The notes under the pieces are model-generated. The model was not told the DNA's origin, ran no database searches, and worked only from the letters and a program-made list of their open reading frames with translations. Shown one piece after another: positions 29,026 to 37,651 of a DNA stretch of 64,000 nucleotides. Both the position numbers and the translations under genes were made by a program. Origin of the DNA: a virus (taxonomy: Duplodnaviria > Caudoviricetes). The DNA lies in IMG/VR virus record IMGVR_UViG_2897081166_000001, positions 17,293 through 81,292 of that record. One strand, 5' to 3'. Numbering within the stretch: the stretch's first letter is position 1; every line of letters starts with the position of its first letter.

Positions 29026-29987
29026 TGGATCTACTTCGAAACGCCGTGGATTTGTTCTCCGGCCCGCGGGGCTGGACGGAGGGCATGCGCGCTCTCGGTA
29101 TCAGCGACATCGGCCTGGAGGTCTGCCGGTGGGCGTGCGCAACCGCCATGGCGGCGGGGCACGCGACCGTGCAGTGCGACGTCACCACCGCTGACCCAGC
29201 CCTGTACGCCGACATGCCGGGCCTGATCGCGTCTCCGCCGTGCCGCCCGTGGTCCCCGGGCGGCCTCCGCCAGGGCCTGGCGGACCGGGAGTTGGTGGCC
29301 GCGGCGATCGACGACCTGGCCGCCGGCCGCGACCCCCGGGCGACTCTCCGCGCCCTGTGCGCGAACCCCGAGAGCATGCTCGCCGCCGAGCCGATGCGGT
29401 GGCTGTACCTGCTGCGCCCGGAGTGGGTGTGCATGGAGCAGGTGCCCGCGGTCCTCCCGTTGTGGCAGCAGTACGCCCGGCATCTGGCCGGATGGGGGTA
29501 CAGCGTGTGGACCGGGGTGGTGGACGCGGGCCGGCATGGGGTGCCGCAGACGCGGCGCCGGGCGGTGTTCATCGCGTCCCGGGTGCGGGACGTGGGCCCC
29601 CCGGTGGCCACGCACGCCGCGGCCCCGGCCATGCGTGACGTGGTCCCCGGTGTCGCCGCGGACACGGTGCTGGTGTCCCGCCGGGACTCGGTGGCCCGCC
29701 TTGCCGCACACGGGCCGCGCCGCAACCGGGCCGGGGCCGAGCCCGCCCCGACGGTCACCGGTGAGGTGTGGCGGTGGAAGTGGGACGACCACGGTGCCGT
29801 CCGCCCCGTCACCGCCTCCGAGGCCGGGCAGTTGCAGACGTTCCCCGCCGACTACCCGTGGCAGGGCCCGAAAACCCGGGTCGCCCGGCAGGTCGGGGAC
29901 GCCGTGCCGCCGGCTCTCGCCACCGCGGTCGTCGCTGTGGCCACCGGGGCTACCGCCCCCGCGCAGCCTCACCTCACCGCCGCATGA
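29025..29987 (+). CDS. Second DNA cytosine-C5 methyltransferase
   Basis: DLFSGPRG, ASPPC, MEQV, GVPQTRRR, QVGDAVPP. Confidence 0.88.
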   Translation: MDLLRNAVDLFSGPRGWTEGMRALGISDIGLEVCRWACATAMAAGHATVQCDVTTADPALYADMPGLIASPPCRPWSPGGLRQGLADRELVAAAIDDLAAGRDPRATLRALCANPESMLAAEPMRWLYLLRPEWVCMEQVPAVLPLWQQYARHLAGWGYSVWTGVVDAGRHGVPQTRRRAVFIASRVRDVGPPVATHAAAPAMRDVVPGVAADTVLVSRRDSVARLAAHGPRRNRAGAEPAPTVTGEVWRWKWDDHGAVRPVTASEAGQLQTFPADYPWQGPKTRVARQVGDAVPPALATAVVAVATGATAPAQPHLTAA

Positions 29988-30066
29988 CCCACGCAGTACC
30001 GGCTGCCCCCGTTGGACCCGGGGGCAGCCGGCCCGCCCACCGTACCTGCACTCACCTGGAGCCCTG

Positions 30067-31170
30067 ATGCCCACCTCGCCCACCCCCGCCGACTTGACCG
30101 AGGAGCAGCGCGACGCCCGCCGCACCCGGGCCCGCGACCTCATCGAGGAACGGCTCACCGACACGTGGCCCGCGTGGCGGCGCCCCGGCCGGAAGCCGAA
30201 CCTGCCGCTCGCCGCCGACATCGCCCTCGACGCCCTCGGAGACCTCGCGGCCGAGATCCTCGTCGACGGCACGATGATGCGCGCCCTCACCATCCGCGAC
30301 GGCGTCGCCACCCTCGAACTCGCCGAGGCCACCGAGATGGTGCGGATCTTCGCCGCCGGGATGCGCGGCGCCCTCGACGGAGCGACGAACTACGTCGAGA
30401 TGGAGATGACCGACGGGTCGACCGGTGAGGGGTTCACCGTCACCGTCCGCCGCCGGGAGCGCCCGACGCCGCACGAACTTCGGCAGCAGGCTGAGGCGCG
30501 TGTCGAGAGGCTGACGGCCGAGCTTGCGGTGGCCCGGCAGCTCCTCGGCACCAACGTGGCCGAGGGCGCGGCGGACGACGCCGCCGCCGCGTTGGGCGAC
30601 GGAGCGGTGCGCTGCCCGCTGTGCCCCAGCCCGCTGATGCTGCACACCCCGAGCGGGGCCCGCGCGCACTTCGCCCACGTGCACCCCGAGCAGCAGATCA
30701 GCGGCCATCAGGGTCCGTGGCCGGTGCTGGCCGACGCCGCCCCGCCCGCGCCTGCCGACCGGGCCGTGCTACCGAACGTCCGCCCCCACACCCTCACCGC
30801 CATCGCCTGCCACCTGGACGCCCGGTCCGTCGCGATCCTGCGGCCCGAGAGCGAGACCTACGCCGAGTGGCAGGCCGTGTCTGCCTTCCTCCGCGCGCTA
30901 GCCGCCGACGCTGCCGCCGGGGTGCAGCCGCCCACCAGCGAGGCACGCTGCTCGTATCGGCTGGAGCACCGCCGCCCCGGCGAGACGACCTGGCAGCGGA
31001 ACACCCCCGGCATCGGGGCGAACTGGTCCTGGCAGTCCCGGGAGAAGGCAGCCCAGCGACTGGCCGAGGCCCGCGACCGGTGGCCGGACTTCGAGCACCG
31101 GCTGATCGAGACAACGACCACCGTCACCGAGCAGCCCGCTGCCCCTGCCGCACCCGAGGAGCAGCGGTGA
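30067..31170 (+). CDS. Mosaic hypothetical protein with a C2H2-like motif
   Basis: CPLC...HFAHVH; GGAG RBS. Confidence 0.7.
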   Translation: MPTSPTPADLTEEQRDARRTRARDLIEERLTDTWPAWRRPGRKPNLPLAADIALDALGDLAAEILVDGTMMRALTIRDGVATLELAEATEMVRIFAAGMRGALDGATNYVEMEMTDGSTGEGFTVTVRRRERPTPHELRQQAEARVERLTAELAVARQLLGTNVAEGAADDAAAALGDGAVRCPLCPSPLMLHTPSGARAHFAHVHPEQQISGHQGPWPVLADAAPPAPADRAVLPNVRPHTLTAIACHLDARSVAILRPESETYAEWQAVSAFLRALAADAAAGVQPPTSEARCSYRLEHRRPGETTWQRNTPGIGANWSWQSREKAAQRLAEARDRWPDFEHRLIETTTTVTEQPAAPAAPEEQR

Positions 31171-31397
31171 CCGCCCCCTGCGTTGTCCGCGTCGCCCCGG
31201 CCCTCCGCCCGCTGGAACACCTACTCGTCAGCGGACGCCACCTCCGCGCCGCCCGCCGGTGGCCGTGGGCGTGGTGGTGCGCCACCTGCGACACCGCCTA
31301 CGGAGCCGCGAAGACCGAAGCCGAAGCCACCGCAGCCGCCGACGCGCACGCCACCGCCGCCCGCACCCGAGCGCCCGAGGAGCCCACCCCGTGCTGA
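31167..31397 (+). CDS. Small hypothetical protein
   Basis: GTGA coupling, WWCATC. Confidence 0.55.
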   Translation: MTAPCVVRVAPALRPLEHLLVSGRHLRAARRWPWAWWCATCDTAYGAAKTEAEATAAADAHATAARTRAPEEPTPC

Positions 31398-31516
31398 GCG
31401 CGATCCTGCACCGCCTCCGACACCACCACCGGTCCGACCGGGCCCGCCGCCGGAAGCCCGTCTGCCGCTGCGGCCGGGCCCACCCCGGGCCGCGACGCTA
31501 CTGCCGCACCCGCTGA
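31391..31516 (+). CDS. Small basic protein
   Basis: GAGGAG RBS. Confidence 0.4.
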   Translation: MLSAILHRLRHHHRSDRARRRKPVCRCGRAHPGPRRYCRTR

Positions 31517-31582
31517 CCCCCACCCCTGCTGTGTGGCCGCCCCACCACAGGCGGCCACACCACACCCCGGAAGGACCACACC

Positions 31583-31855
31583 ATGACCAACGCCGCGTAC
31601 CGAACCCTCGTGGAGCAGCGCTCCATGGCCCTCGACTACCTCGAAGCCCCCGACACCGACATCCCCGACCACACCCGGCGCACGCTCCTCGGCCTCCTCG
31701 ACGACGGACGCCTCAACGGACCCCGCTGCGGCAAGACCACCGCCGCCAACGGCACCGAGCACCCGCCCTGCGCACGGCCTGCTGGACACCCCGAGGCGTA
31801 CTGCCGGGACGCCGACCGCACGGTGTACTTCATCGCCACCGAGGGGGCCCGGTGA
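31583..31855 (+). CDS. Hypothetical protein (C..C..GH..Y motif)
   Basis: GAAGGA RBS. Confidence 0.65.
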   Translation: MTNAAYRTLVEQRSMALDYLEAPDTDIPDHTRRTLLGLLDDGRLNGPRCGKTTAANGTEHPPCARPAGHPEAYCRDADRTVYFIATEGAR

Positions 31856-32160
31856 CCACCCAGCCCGAGCGCCTACCCACCGACATCGTCGAAGCCCGCC
31901 TCAACCACCTCATCGACCGAGCCCGACGCGGCGCACTCCTACCCGACGAGGCCGACCGGTTCACCACCGACCTCCGCGACCTCGTCCGCCGTCTGGAGGA
32001 CGAGGAAGACGCCAGCCGTCGGCTCCTCGTCCAGCGGCAGGAGATGGCCGCAGAACGGTACGCGTGGCAGGAGCGTGGCGACCGCGCCGAGGCCCGTGTC
32101 CGCGAGCTGGAGGCCGAGAACGCCCGCCTGACCGCCGAGCGGCGCGCAGCCACCACCTGA
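31852..32160 (+). CDS. Coiled-coil hypothetical protein
   Basis: GTGA coupling, AEARVRELEAE. Confidence 0.65.
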   Translation: MTTQPERLPTDIVEARLNHLIDRARRGALLPDEADRFTTDLRDLVRRLEDEEDASRRLLVQRQEMAAERYAWQERGDRAEARVRELEAENARLTAERRAATT

Positions 32161-32183
32161 CCCCGCCAACCAGAGGAGCCCGC

Positions 32184-32387
32184 ATGATCACCCGCCTCGC
32201 CGGCCGTCTTGCCACGGCCCTCACCCGGTACGCCCACCGGCACGGCACCCACCACTACCTGTCGACCGGCTGCTTGCACGGGGAGCACGGGTACTGCCAA
32301 GGGAAGACCGGGCGGGCGGGGGCGAAGAAGCCGGCCGAGTGCAAGTTCTGCGGGGCCGGCTGCACCTGCCCATGCCACCACAACTGA
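32184..32387 (+). CDS. Small Cys/His-rich protein
   Basis: HYLSTGCLHGEHGYC..CKFCGAGCTCPCH. Confidence 0.75.
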   Translation: MITRLAGRLATALTRYAHRHGTHHYLSTGCLHGEHGYCQGKTGRAGAKKPAECKFCGAGCTCPCHHN

Positions 32388-32401
32388 CTCCGGACACACC
32401 G

Positions 32402-32436
32402 CAGCCCCCACCCAGACGGGTGGGGGCTGTCGTTTT
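32402..32436 (+). terminator. Terminator at the end of the early operon
   Basis: cagcccccaccc / gggtgggggctg followed by T-run. Confidence 0.75.
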
Positions 32437-32484
32437 TCCCGAACCGTCCACGCACCGTGTGGGCGTGTGCCATGCTGGGGCTCT

Positions 32485-32629
32485 GCCCGCGAGAGCGGGC
32501 TGTGTCACCCTTCTCTGCACAAGCGGAGGTGGTCCGAGTCTTTCTGGACAATGGGTGGCAGGAGTGCTTCCTTCTCCGCGTGAGCGGAGCACAGCATGAA
32601 GGCCCCCGCCCGCTTGGGTGGGGGCCTTC
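32485..32629 (+). ncRNA. Candidate structured ncRNA
   Basis: CATGCT -10-like, two GNRA hairpins, a three-way junction, terminator hairpin. Confidence 0.55.
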
Positions 32630-32630
32630 G

Positions 32631-32852
32631 TCATGCCCGGTTGGTGCGGCGTCCAGGTTGCCGGTCGGCGGCGACAGCGCGGACCTCTTCGGCATGCCAC
32701 AGGGCGACGATGCGCCCACTGTCCGGGTGGCGGCCTTCGCCGGCGCGTTTGATGCCTCGCCGGGAGAGGAGGCCGCTGGCGCTCTTCAGCTTGATTCCGA
32801 GGTGGTCGGCGGCTTCCTGGGTGGTCCAGAGTTCGGGGGTAGGGTCGGGCAC
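32631..32852 (-). CDS. Small HTH DNA-binding protein
   Basis: LWTTQEAADHLGIKLKSASGLLSRRG; GAAGGAG RBS. Confidence 0.75.
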   Translation of the reverse strand: MPDPTPELWTTQEAADHLGIKLKSASGLLSRRGIKRAGEGRHPDSGRIVALWHAEEVRAVAADRQPGRRTNRA

Positions 32853-32926
32853 GCGCGGGCTCCTTCCGTGCCAGTACGGCCCGCCACCGGGGTGCATCCG
32901 GTGGCGGGCCGCTGCTGTGTTCGGGG

Positions 32927-33256
32927 TCAGGTGAGGTCGGCGAGGACCTTGGCTTCGATCTCGGGCAGGCGGTTCAGGACGATCTCCGCGGACTGGTTCA
33001 GGTAGCTCTCCAGGTCCTCCTTCTCGACCTGGTCGATGTTCTCCGTGTACGAGATCCCGCGCTCGCGGATCTCCCAGGCGCAGCCGTCCGGGAGTAGCTT
33101 GTCGAACTCCTCGACCTGGGCGTCGACCAGGGCGTCGACCAGGGCCTTCTCCTGCTTGGGGGTGAGCTCGCCGTTGTTGATGGTGCAGAGCCAGCTCTCG
33201 ACGATGCGGCTGTGGTCGAAGGCCCAGTCGAGGTTGGTGTAGGGGGTGTTGCTCAT
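32927..33256 (-). CDS. Acidic hypothetical protein
   Basis: AAGGAG RBS, clean codon usage. Confidence 0.75.
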   Translation of the reverse strand: MSNTPYTNLDWAFDHSRIVESWLCTINNGELTPKQEKALVDALVDAQVEEFDKLLPDGCAWEIRERGISYTENIDQVEKEDLESYLNQSAEIVLNRLPEIEAKVLADLT

Positions 33257-33307
33257 GGTGGAGGCTCCTTCTCCGTGCCGTGGGCGGGTGCCCTTGGTGA
33301 TGACCTA

Positions 33308-33331
33308 ACCTTGCAGTACGTACTGCAAGGT
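33308..33331. promoter_or_regulatory. Perfect 24-bp palindrome, candidate operator
   Basis: ACCTTGCAGTACGTACTGCAAGGT. Confidence 0.6.
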
Positions 33332-33390
33332 GGTCAAGGGGTGTCACCCGAAAGAGTGAGAACCCACCAGGCCGGCGAGATCTCCCACGC

Positions 33391-33594
33391 TCACTCCGAC
33401 GGCAACCGCAGAGCCACATCCGCAGCCCAGACACCAGCATCCAGGCCCTCCGGGCTGTCGTCGGCGAAGTGCTGCAACAACCGGACCGCCTTCCGATGGT
33501 CACCTTGGAGGAGGCGCGGGGCTGTCGAGTACGAGCCGGTAGGGGAGTCCATGACCGACACAACGGCCAGGGCGAGGGGCAGGACACGCCCCAC
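33391..33594 (-). CDS. Small hypothetical protein
   Basis: Directly downstream of the ATPase-like gene; start uncertain. Confidence 0.45.
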   Translation of the reverse strand: MGRVLPLALAVVSVMDSPTGSYSTAPRLLQGDHRKAVRLLQHFADDSPEGLDAGVWAADVALRLPSE

Positions 33595-34065
33595 CTACAG
33601 GTCCAGCACCGCCCACACCCGTCGCCCGTCCTCCGCAGTGTCCGTCCCGCACGACACCGCGCCCAACCCGGCCAGCTCTGGCAATACTGCCTCGTCCGCG
33701 ACCGCGAGACCCGGCCGGTGCGACAGGGCCACGATCAGCGCCTGCCGGTTCTGGTCCGCAAGGTGCACGGACACCCGCCGGCCACCGTCCGCGACCGCAG
33801 TCCGCACCAGCAGCTCCGTCAGCCCTGCCGCCGCCACGTCGGCCTCCCGGTACCCCCACTCGTGCAGCCGGCCCAGCACATGCCCCGAAGCCTTCTTCGG
33901 CGACCAGGCGGCAGCCTCCAGGGTCCAGTTGGCGCTGCGCCGGTTCCGCACCTGCATCCGCGCCCGCGCCGTACCTGCAAGGCCCGTCTCCGGGCGCGGC
34001 GGCGAGATCGGCCGCTTCGGAGGCGGTGGAGTCTTCGGCGGGTAGTCCGGAGTGTGATCCAGCAC
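33595..34065 (-). CDS. Degenerate RsbW/HATPase_c-like protein
   Basis: LHEWGY..LTELLVRTAV, CGTDTAEDGRRVWAVL. Confidence 0.65.
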   Translation of the reverse strand: MLDHTPDYPPKTPPPPKRPISPPRPETGLAGTARARMQVRNRRSANWTLEAAAWSPKKASGHVLGRLHEWGYREADVAAAGLTELLVRTAVADGGRRVSVHLADQNRQALIVALSHRPGLAVADEAVLPELAGLGAVSCGTDTAEDGRRVWAVLDL

Positions 34066-34156
34066 GGTCGGCTCCCAGCATCGACGGACACCCATCGTAA
34101 AGCCGCGCTCACCGCCCGGGGTCGAAACCGCATCGCTTGGTTGTCGTTCACACGAC

Positions 34157-34369
34157 ATGACCGTTGACTCCCGCGACCTCCAGATTGCCGTCCTTCGACT
34201 CTTCCTGCGAGACGCCGTCCGCTACCTCAGCTTCGCAGCCGGCCGCGAAGTCGCAGACGACCCCGACTGGGCCCAGCAAGTCATGGACCGGGTCAGCGGC
34301 ATAGAAGAAGTTCTCAACCTCACCGGGCCCGGGCCGGAAACAGAGCCTCGCCCGGACGGCGAAGCGTAG
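34157..34369 (+). CDS. Small hypothetical protein
   Basis: Protein-like 70-aa ORF, no clear RBS. Confidence 0.55.
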   Translation: MTVDSRDLQIAVLRLFLRDAVRYLSFAAGREVADDPDWAQQVMDRVSGIEEVLNLTGPGPETEPRPDGEA

Positions 34370-34473
34370 AGCAGCAACCCCGAAGCCCCCTCAGAACCGC
34401 ATGGCTGGGTGACACCGCTGGCACAGCGCAGCCCCCGCCGGCGAACCAGGCGGGGGCTGCGGCGCGGGCGCGG

Positions 34474-34881
34474 TCAGCGGGGGAGCGCCTCGTCGAGGTA
34501 CTCCTGCACGGGCCCGAACAGCCCATACGGCACGTACTCCGGGATGTCGCCGTGTCCGATCCACGCCACCGCGGCGATCTCCTCCGCGTCCCCGACGATC
34601 GCGTCACCGGAGATCAGCTCGCACGCCACATACGTCATCGGCACCCCCGTCTGCGGGTGCACCCGGTCACCGAGGACCCGGACGGCCTTCACCTCCAGGC
34701 CCACCTCCTCCGCCGTCTCCCGCACCGCCGCCTGCTCCGGGGACTCCCCGGCCTCGATGCCGCCGCCGGGGAACGCCCACAGCAGCCTCCCCTCCCGCTG
34801 CTGCCGCCGGATCATCAACACCTTGCCGCCGTCGACGATGATCGCCGTGGAGACGGGGGGCTGCACACTCTGCTCGGTCAC
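34474..34881 (-). CDS. NUDIX hydrolase
   Basis: FPGGGIEAGESPEQAAVRETAEEVGL: canonical Nudix box. Confidence 0.93.
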   Translation of the reverse strand: MTEQSVQPPVSTAIIVDGGKVLMIRRQQREGRLLWAFPGGGIEAGESPEQAAVRETAEEVGLEVKAVRVLGDRVHPQTGVPMTYVACELISGDAIVGDAEEIAAVAWIGHGDIPEYVPYGLFGPVQEYLDEALPR

Positions 34882-35516
34882 GCTGCCTCCAGGGCACTCA
34901 GGATCGGCGGGAAGATGTTCTCGGCGGGGATGAAACGGGTCAGGTTGGCGAGCGGCACCCAGGCGACGTCCATGTTCTCGACCGCGTCCAGGTTGGTGGC
35001 CTCGCCGGCGAGATAGTCGCAGAGCACGTAGCTGGCCAGCACTCCGGTTTTTGGGTGGACCCGGGTGCCGAGTTCCTCGCGGACTGCGACGTGCACCCCG
35101 GTCTCCGCGTGGGTTTCCTGCACCGCCACCGCGGCGGCGGCGGCGCCCGGCTTGCACATCCCGGCCGGAAACTGCCAGGTGAGCGCATCGTCGCCGCGCC
35201 GGCACACCAGGAGCACCTCGGTTCCGCGCAGCACCACGGCGATAGCGACCCGCAACGCCTGAGCCTCAGCCGGGGCAGATTCCTCGGGCGGGCGGGACAG
35301 AAGGGTGAAACGTCTACGCACGTGCTCGTTGGCCCTCTCGTAGGTGGTGTCGAGGGCCTGCTGCATCTCGGTGCGCGGCACGATCTCCGGGTTCCTGTGC
35401 CAGCCGGCGACCGTGCGAACCGCGACCCCGAGCTTCGCGGCGAAGCCCTCGTTCGTCATGCGGAGCGCGGCCTGCAAGGCGCAGGCGGTGCGGCCGGTCC
35501 ACGTGGTGACGTTCAC
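34878..35516 (-). CDS. XRE HTH-NUDIX fusion with a degenerate Nudix box
   Basis: LRMTNEGFAAKLGVAVRTVAGW; FPAGMCKPGAAAAAVAVQETHAETGV. Confidence 0.88.
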   Translation of the reverse strand: MNVTTWTGRTACALQAALRMTNEGFAAKLGVAVRTVAGWHRNPEIVPRTEMQQALDTTYERANEHVRRRFTLLSRPPEESAPAEAQALRVAIAVVLRGTEVLLVCRRGDDALTWQFPAGMCKPGAAAAAVAVQETHAETGVHVAVREELGTRVHPKTGVLASYVLCDYLAGEATNLDAVENMDVAWVPLANLTRFIPAENIFPPILSALEAA

Positions 35517-35549
35517 TATCCGGCTCCCCGGGTCGTGGCGCTGCGGTTC

Positions 35550-35611
35550 TGCATCACTGCTGCACTGCTACTGCACTAGGGGCCGATCCGGTGCACTGCC
35601 ACCGCACTGGC
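35550..35611. repeat. TGCACTGC-like tandem repeats upstream of HTH-NUDIX
   Basis: Five imperfect copies. Confidence 0.6.
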
Positions 35612-35680
35612 GGTTCATGTTCCGGTAAGCCGGCCGCCGGTTGACTTGAGGGCATGACAGGGACTCCTCCCGATCGGAGC

Positions 35681-35908
35681 TCAGGCCTTTCGCTGCCGGT
35701 CGATCTCGTCGGCGATCTTCCGCGCCCACTCCCGGCTGTAGGGGGTGTGCTCCGCGATCGACGTCAACGGCACGCCGGCGGCGCGCGCGTCGGCGACGAG
35801 CTCGTCGAGCTGGCGGCGCGTCTTCTCGTGCGCCGAGCTGGCTCGGTCAAGCCGTCGCAGCCACGGCTGCCGTTCCTTCTCGTCGAGCCTCGCGGGCGTA
35901 CCTGTCAT
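35681..35908 (-). CDS. Small helix plus HTH repressor-like protein (paralog 2), divergent from the transfer operon
   Basis: LDELVADARAAGVPLTSIAEHTPYSREWARKI. Confidence 0.75.
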   Translation of the reverse strand: MTGTPARLDEKERQPWLRRLDRASSAHEKTRRQLDELVADARAAGVPLTSIAEHTPYSREWARKIADEIDRQRKA

Positions 35909-35932
35909 GTCCGGAATGGTCTCACGTTCTAC

Positions 35933-36031
35933 CGCCAACTGAATAGGCGCTCGCCGTCGAACTCTTAGTGCCAACTTAGTTGCACTCCCTGCTCTCGCTG
36001 TGCCACTATCGAAGTGCCAAGAAAGTTGGCA
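35933..36031. promoter_or_regulatory. Three GCCAAC-N3-GTTGGC-like operators
   Basis: CGCCAACTGAATAGGCG (35933), GTGCCAACTTAGTTGCAC (35968), GTGCCAAGAAAGTTGGCA (36014). Confidence 0.65.
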
Positions 36032-36058
36032 GTCACTCTCCGGAGGGAAGACCCCGCC

Positions 36059-36238
36059 ATGCCCAAGCTCGCCAGCGCGAACCGCAGCACCAACGACTAC
36101 CCGATGTCGCAGGCGGACGTCGACGCCCACCGGGAGTCGACCTACTACCGCCGCCCGGCCCAGGTCTCCCAGGACTCTCCGATTCCGCCCGCGGATCCGG
36201 CTGCTCGCCGCCGGTTCATTGCGCAGCGGCAGTGGTGA
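36059..36238 (+). CDS. Small hypothetical protein
   Basis: GGAGG RBS; first gene of the operon. Confidence 0.6.
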   Translation: MPKLASANRSTNDYPMSQADVDAHRESTYYRRPAQVSQDSPIPPADPAARRRFIAQRQW

Positions 36239-36244
36239 CCGGCC

Positions 36245-36382
36245 GTGTTCGGGTCTGCTGACCTGTGCCCCGCTGACCGTGACCTTCGTCTCCGCCTGGA
36301 CCGCATCAAGCGGGACGCGGAGGACGCCGAGGCCGCCCGGTTGAAGCGCGAGGCCGCCGAGAAGGCGCGCACCACCCACTGA
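36245..36382 (+). CDS. Small coiled-coil peptide
   Basis: Translated by hand, 45 aa. Confidence 0.4.
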   Translation: MFGSADLCPADRDLRLRLDRIKRDAEDAEAARLKREAAEKARTTH

Positions 36383-36476
36383 CCGCCGCTCCTGCCCGGT
36401 GTCACCCCCCGTCCCGGGCGGGAGCGGCTTCCCACCCCGCTTTTTCACCCCACCACCCAAACCGAAGGGCACTCCC

Positions 36477-36779
36477 ATGTCTCCGTTCGTTTCCTCCGTG
36501 ACCAGCCTCCTCTCCGCCGACCTCGCCACGGTGTCCGCCGAGATCCACAACCTGCGGGCGGCGCTCCTCACCTCCGACGTGCAGGTCACGTGGGAGGAGG
36601 CGGAGGGCCTGACGCCGGGGGAGATCGTCACCCGGTACGTGGCGGCCCGCGGTGACCACGGCACCCAGCACTGGCTGCGGGGCCTGGCCGCCGAGCACGA
36701 CGCCGGGCAGCCGTTCGGGCCGCGGCTCGTGGACGAGCTCGACCAGCTCGACGGGCCCACCGAGATGGCCGCCGCCTGA
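36477..36779 (+). CDS. Hypothetical protein
   Basis: GAAGGG RBS, typical codon usage. Confidence 0.65.
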   Translation: MSPFVSSVTSLLSADLATVSAEIHNLRAALLTSDVQVTWEEAEGLTPGEIVTRYVAARGDHGTQHWLRGLAAEHDAGQPFGPRLVDELDQLDGPTEMAAA

Positions 36780-36868
36780 CCCCCGGCCTGCCCTGTCGCC
36801 CCCAACCCAGGGTTGGTGGCGGCGGAGTGGCCCGGATTCACCCGGACCCGAACTCCAGGAGAGACACC

Positions 36869-37033
36869 ATGGCCCGCAAGATCACCGAGTCCTTCATTCC
36901 CTGTGCCCCCCGCCCCCGGTTCACCGTCGAGGGCGCCCACCCGTGGGACCACCACTCCACCCGGGAGGACGCCGAGAAGCAGGCCGCCGAACTCGACGCA
37001 AAGGACGCCGCCGAGGCGGAGAGGCAGCGTTGA
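36869..37033 (+). CDS. Small hypothetical protein
   Basis: AGGAG RBS, TGATG coupling. Confidence 0.6.
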   Translation: MARKITESFIPCAPRPRFTVEGAHPWDHHSTREDAEKQAAELDAKDAAEAERQR

Positions 37034-37413
37034 TGCCCGCCGTCACGATCGTGTCGTTCGGGTTCCTGCACGGTGACCCGCCGCCCGCACACCTGGTCGT
37101 TGACCTGAGGCAGCACTTCCGGGACCCGCACGTGTCCCCTGAGCTGCGGTACATGACCGCCCTGGACGAGCCGGTACAGCAGGCGGTGCTCGGCACCCCC
37201 GGCATCACCGGGCTCGTCGAGGCGGTCGCCGCGGCGGTGGACGCGTTCACCGCGGGCCCCAGCGCCGGGCCGGTGACTGTGGCCGATGGGTGTGCGGGCG
37301 GCCGACACAGGGCCCCCGTTTTCGCCCAGGCCCTTGCCGACCAGCTCACCGCCGCCGGGCACACCGTCACCGTTCAGCACCGCGACCTGCACCGACCCGT
37401 CGTCAACCGATAG
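37033..37413 (+). CDS. Stand-alone RapZ C-terminal-like domain
   Basis: IVSFGFLHG, DLR.HFRDPH, GCAGGRHR. Confidence 0.82.
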   Translation: MPAVTIVSFGFLHGDPPPAHLVVDLRQHFRDPHVSPELRYMTALDEPVQQAVLGTPGITGLVEAVAAAVDAFTAGPSAGPVTVADGCAGGRHRAPVFAQALADQLTAAGHTVTVQHRDLHRPVVNR

Positions 37414-37427
37414 AGGAGAACGAACCC

Positions 37428-37631
37428 ATGAGCGACCAGCCCACCGCGCAGACCGTCGGCACCCACGCCCTGGCCAAGGCCGTTGAGTACGCCGACAAGG
37501 CCCACGCCCACACCGTCAGCGCCTACGGGGAGCGGGCGTTCAACGAGGCGAAGGTCGCCGAGAACATCCGCTTCGCCCAGCTCTACGCCGACATCGCCAA
37601 GGCCGCCGGCCTCCTCGCGAACAACACCTGA
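37428..37631 (+). CDS. Small hypothetical protein
   Basis: GAGGAG RBS. Confidence 0.65.
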   Translation: MSDQPTAQTVGTHALAKAVEYADKAHAHTVSAYGERAFNEAKVAENIRFAQLYADIAKAAGLLANNT

Positions 37632-37651
37632 CCAGGAAGGACACCGCCCCC

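Noticed and set aside
12590-29990. Many genes ending in xAA-stop
   Set aside because: By-product of an SD embedded before ATGA/GTGA overlaps; ordinary translational coupling
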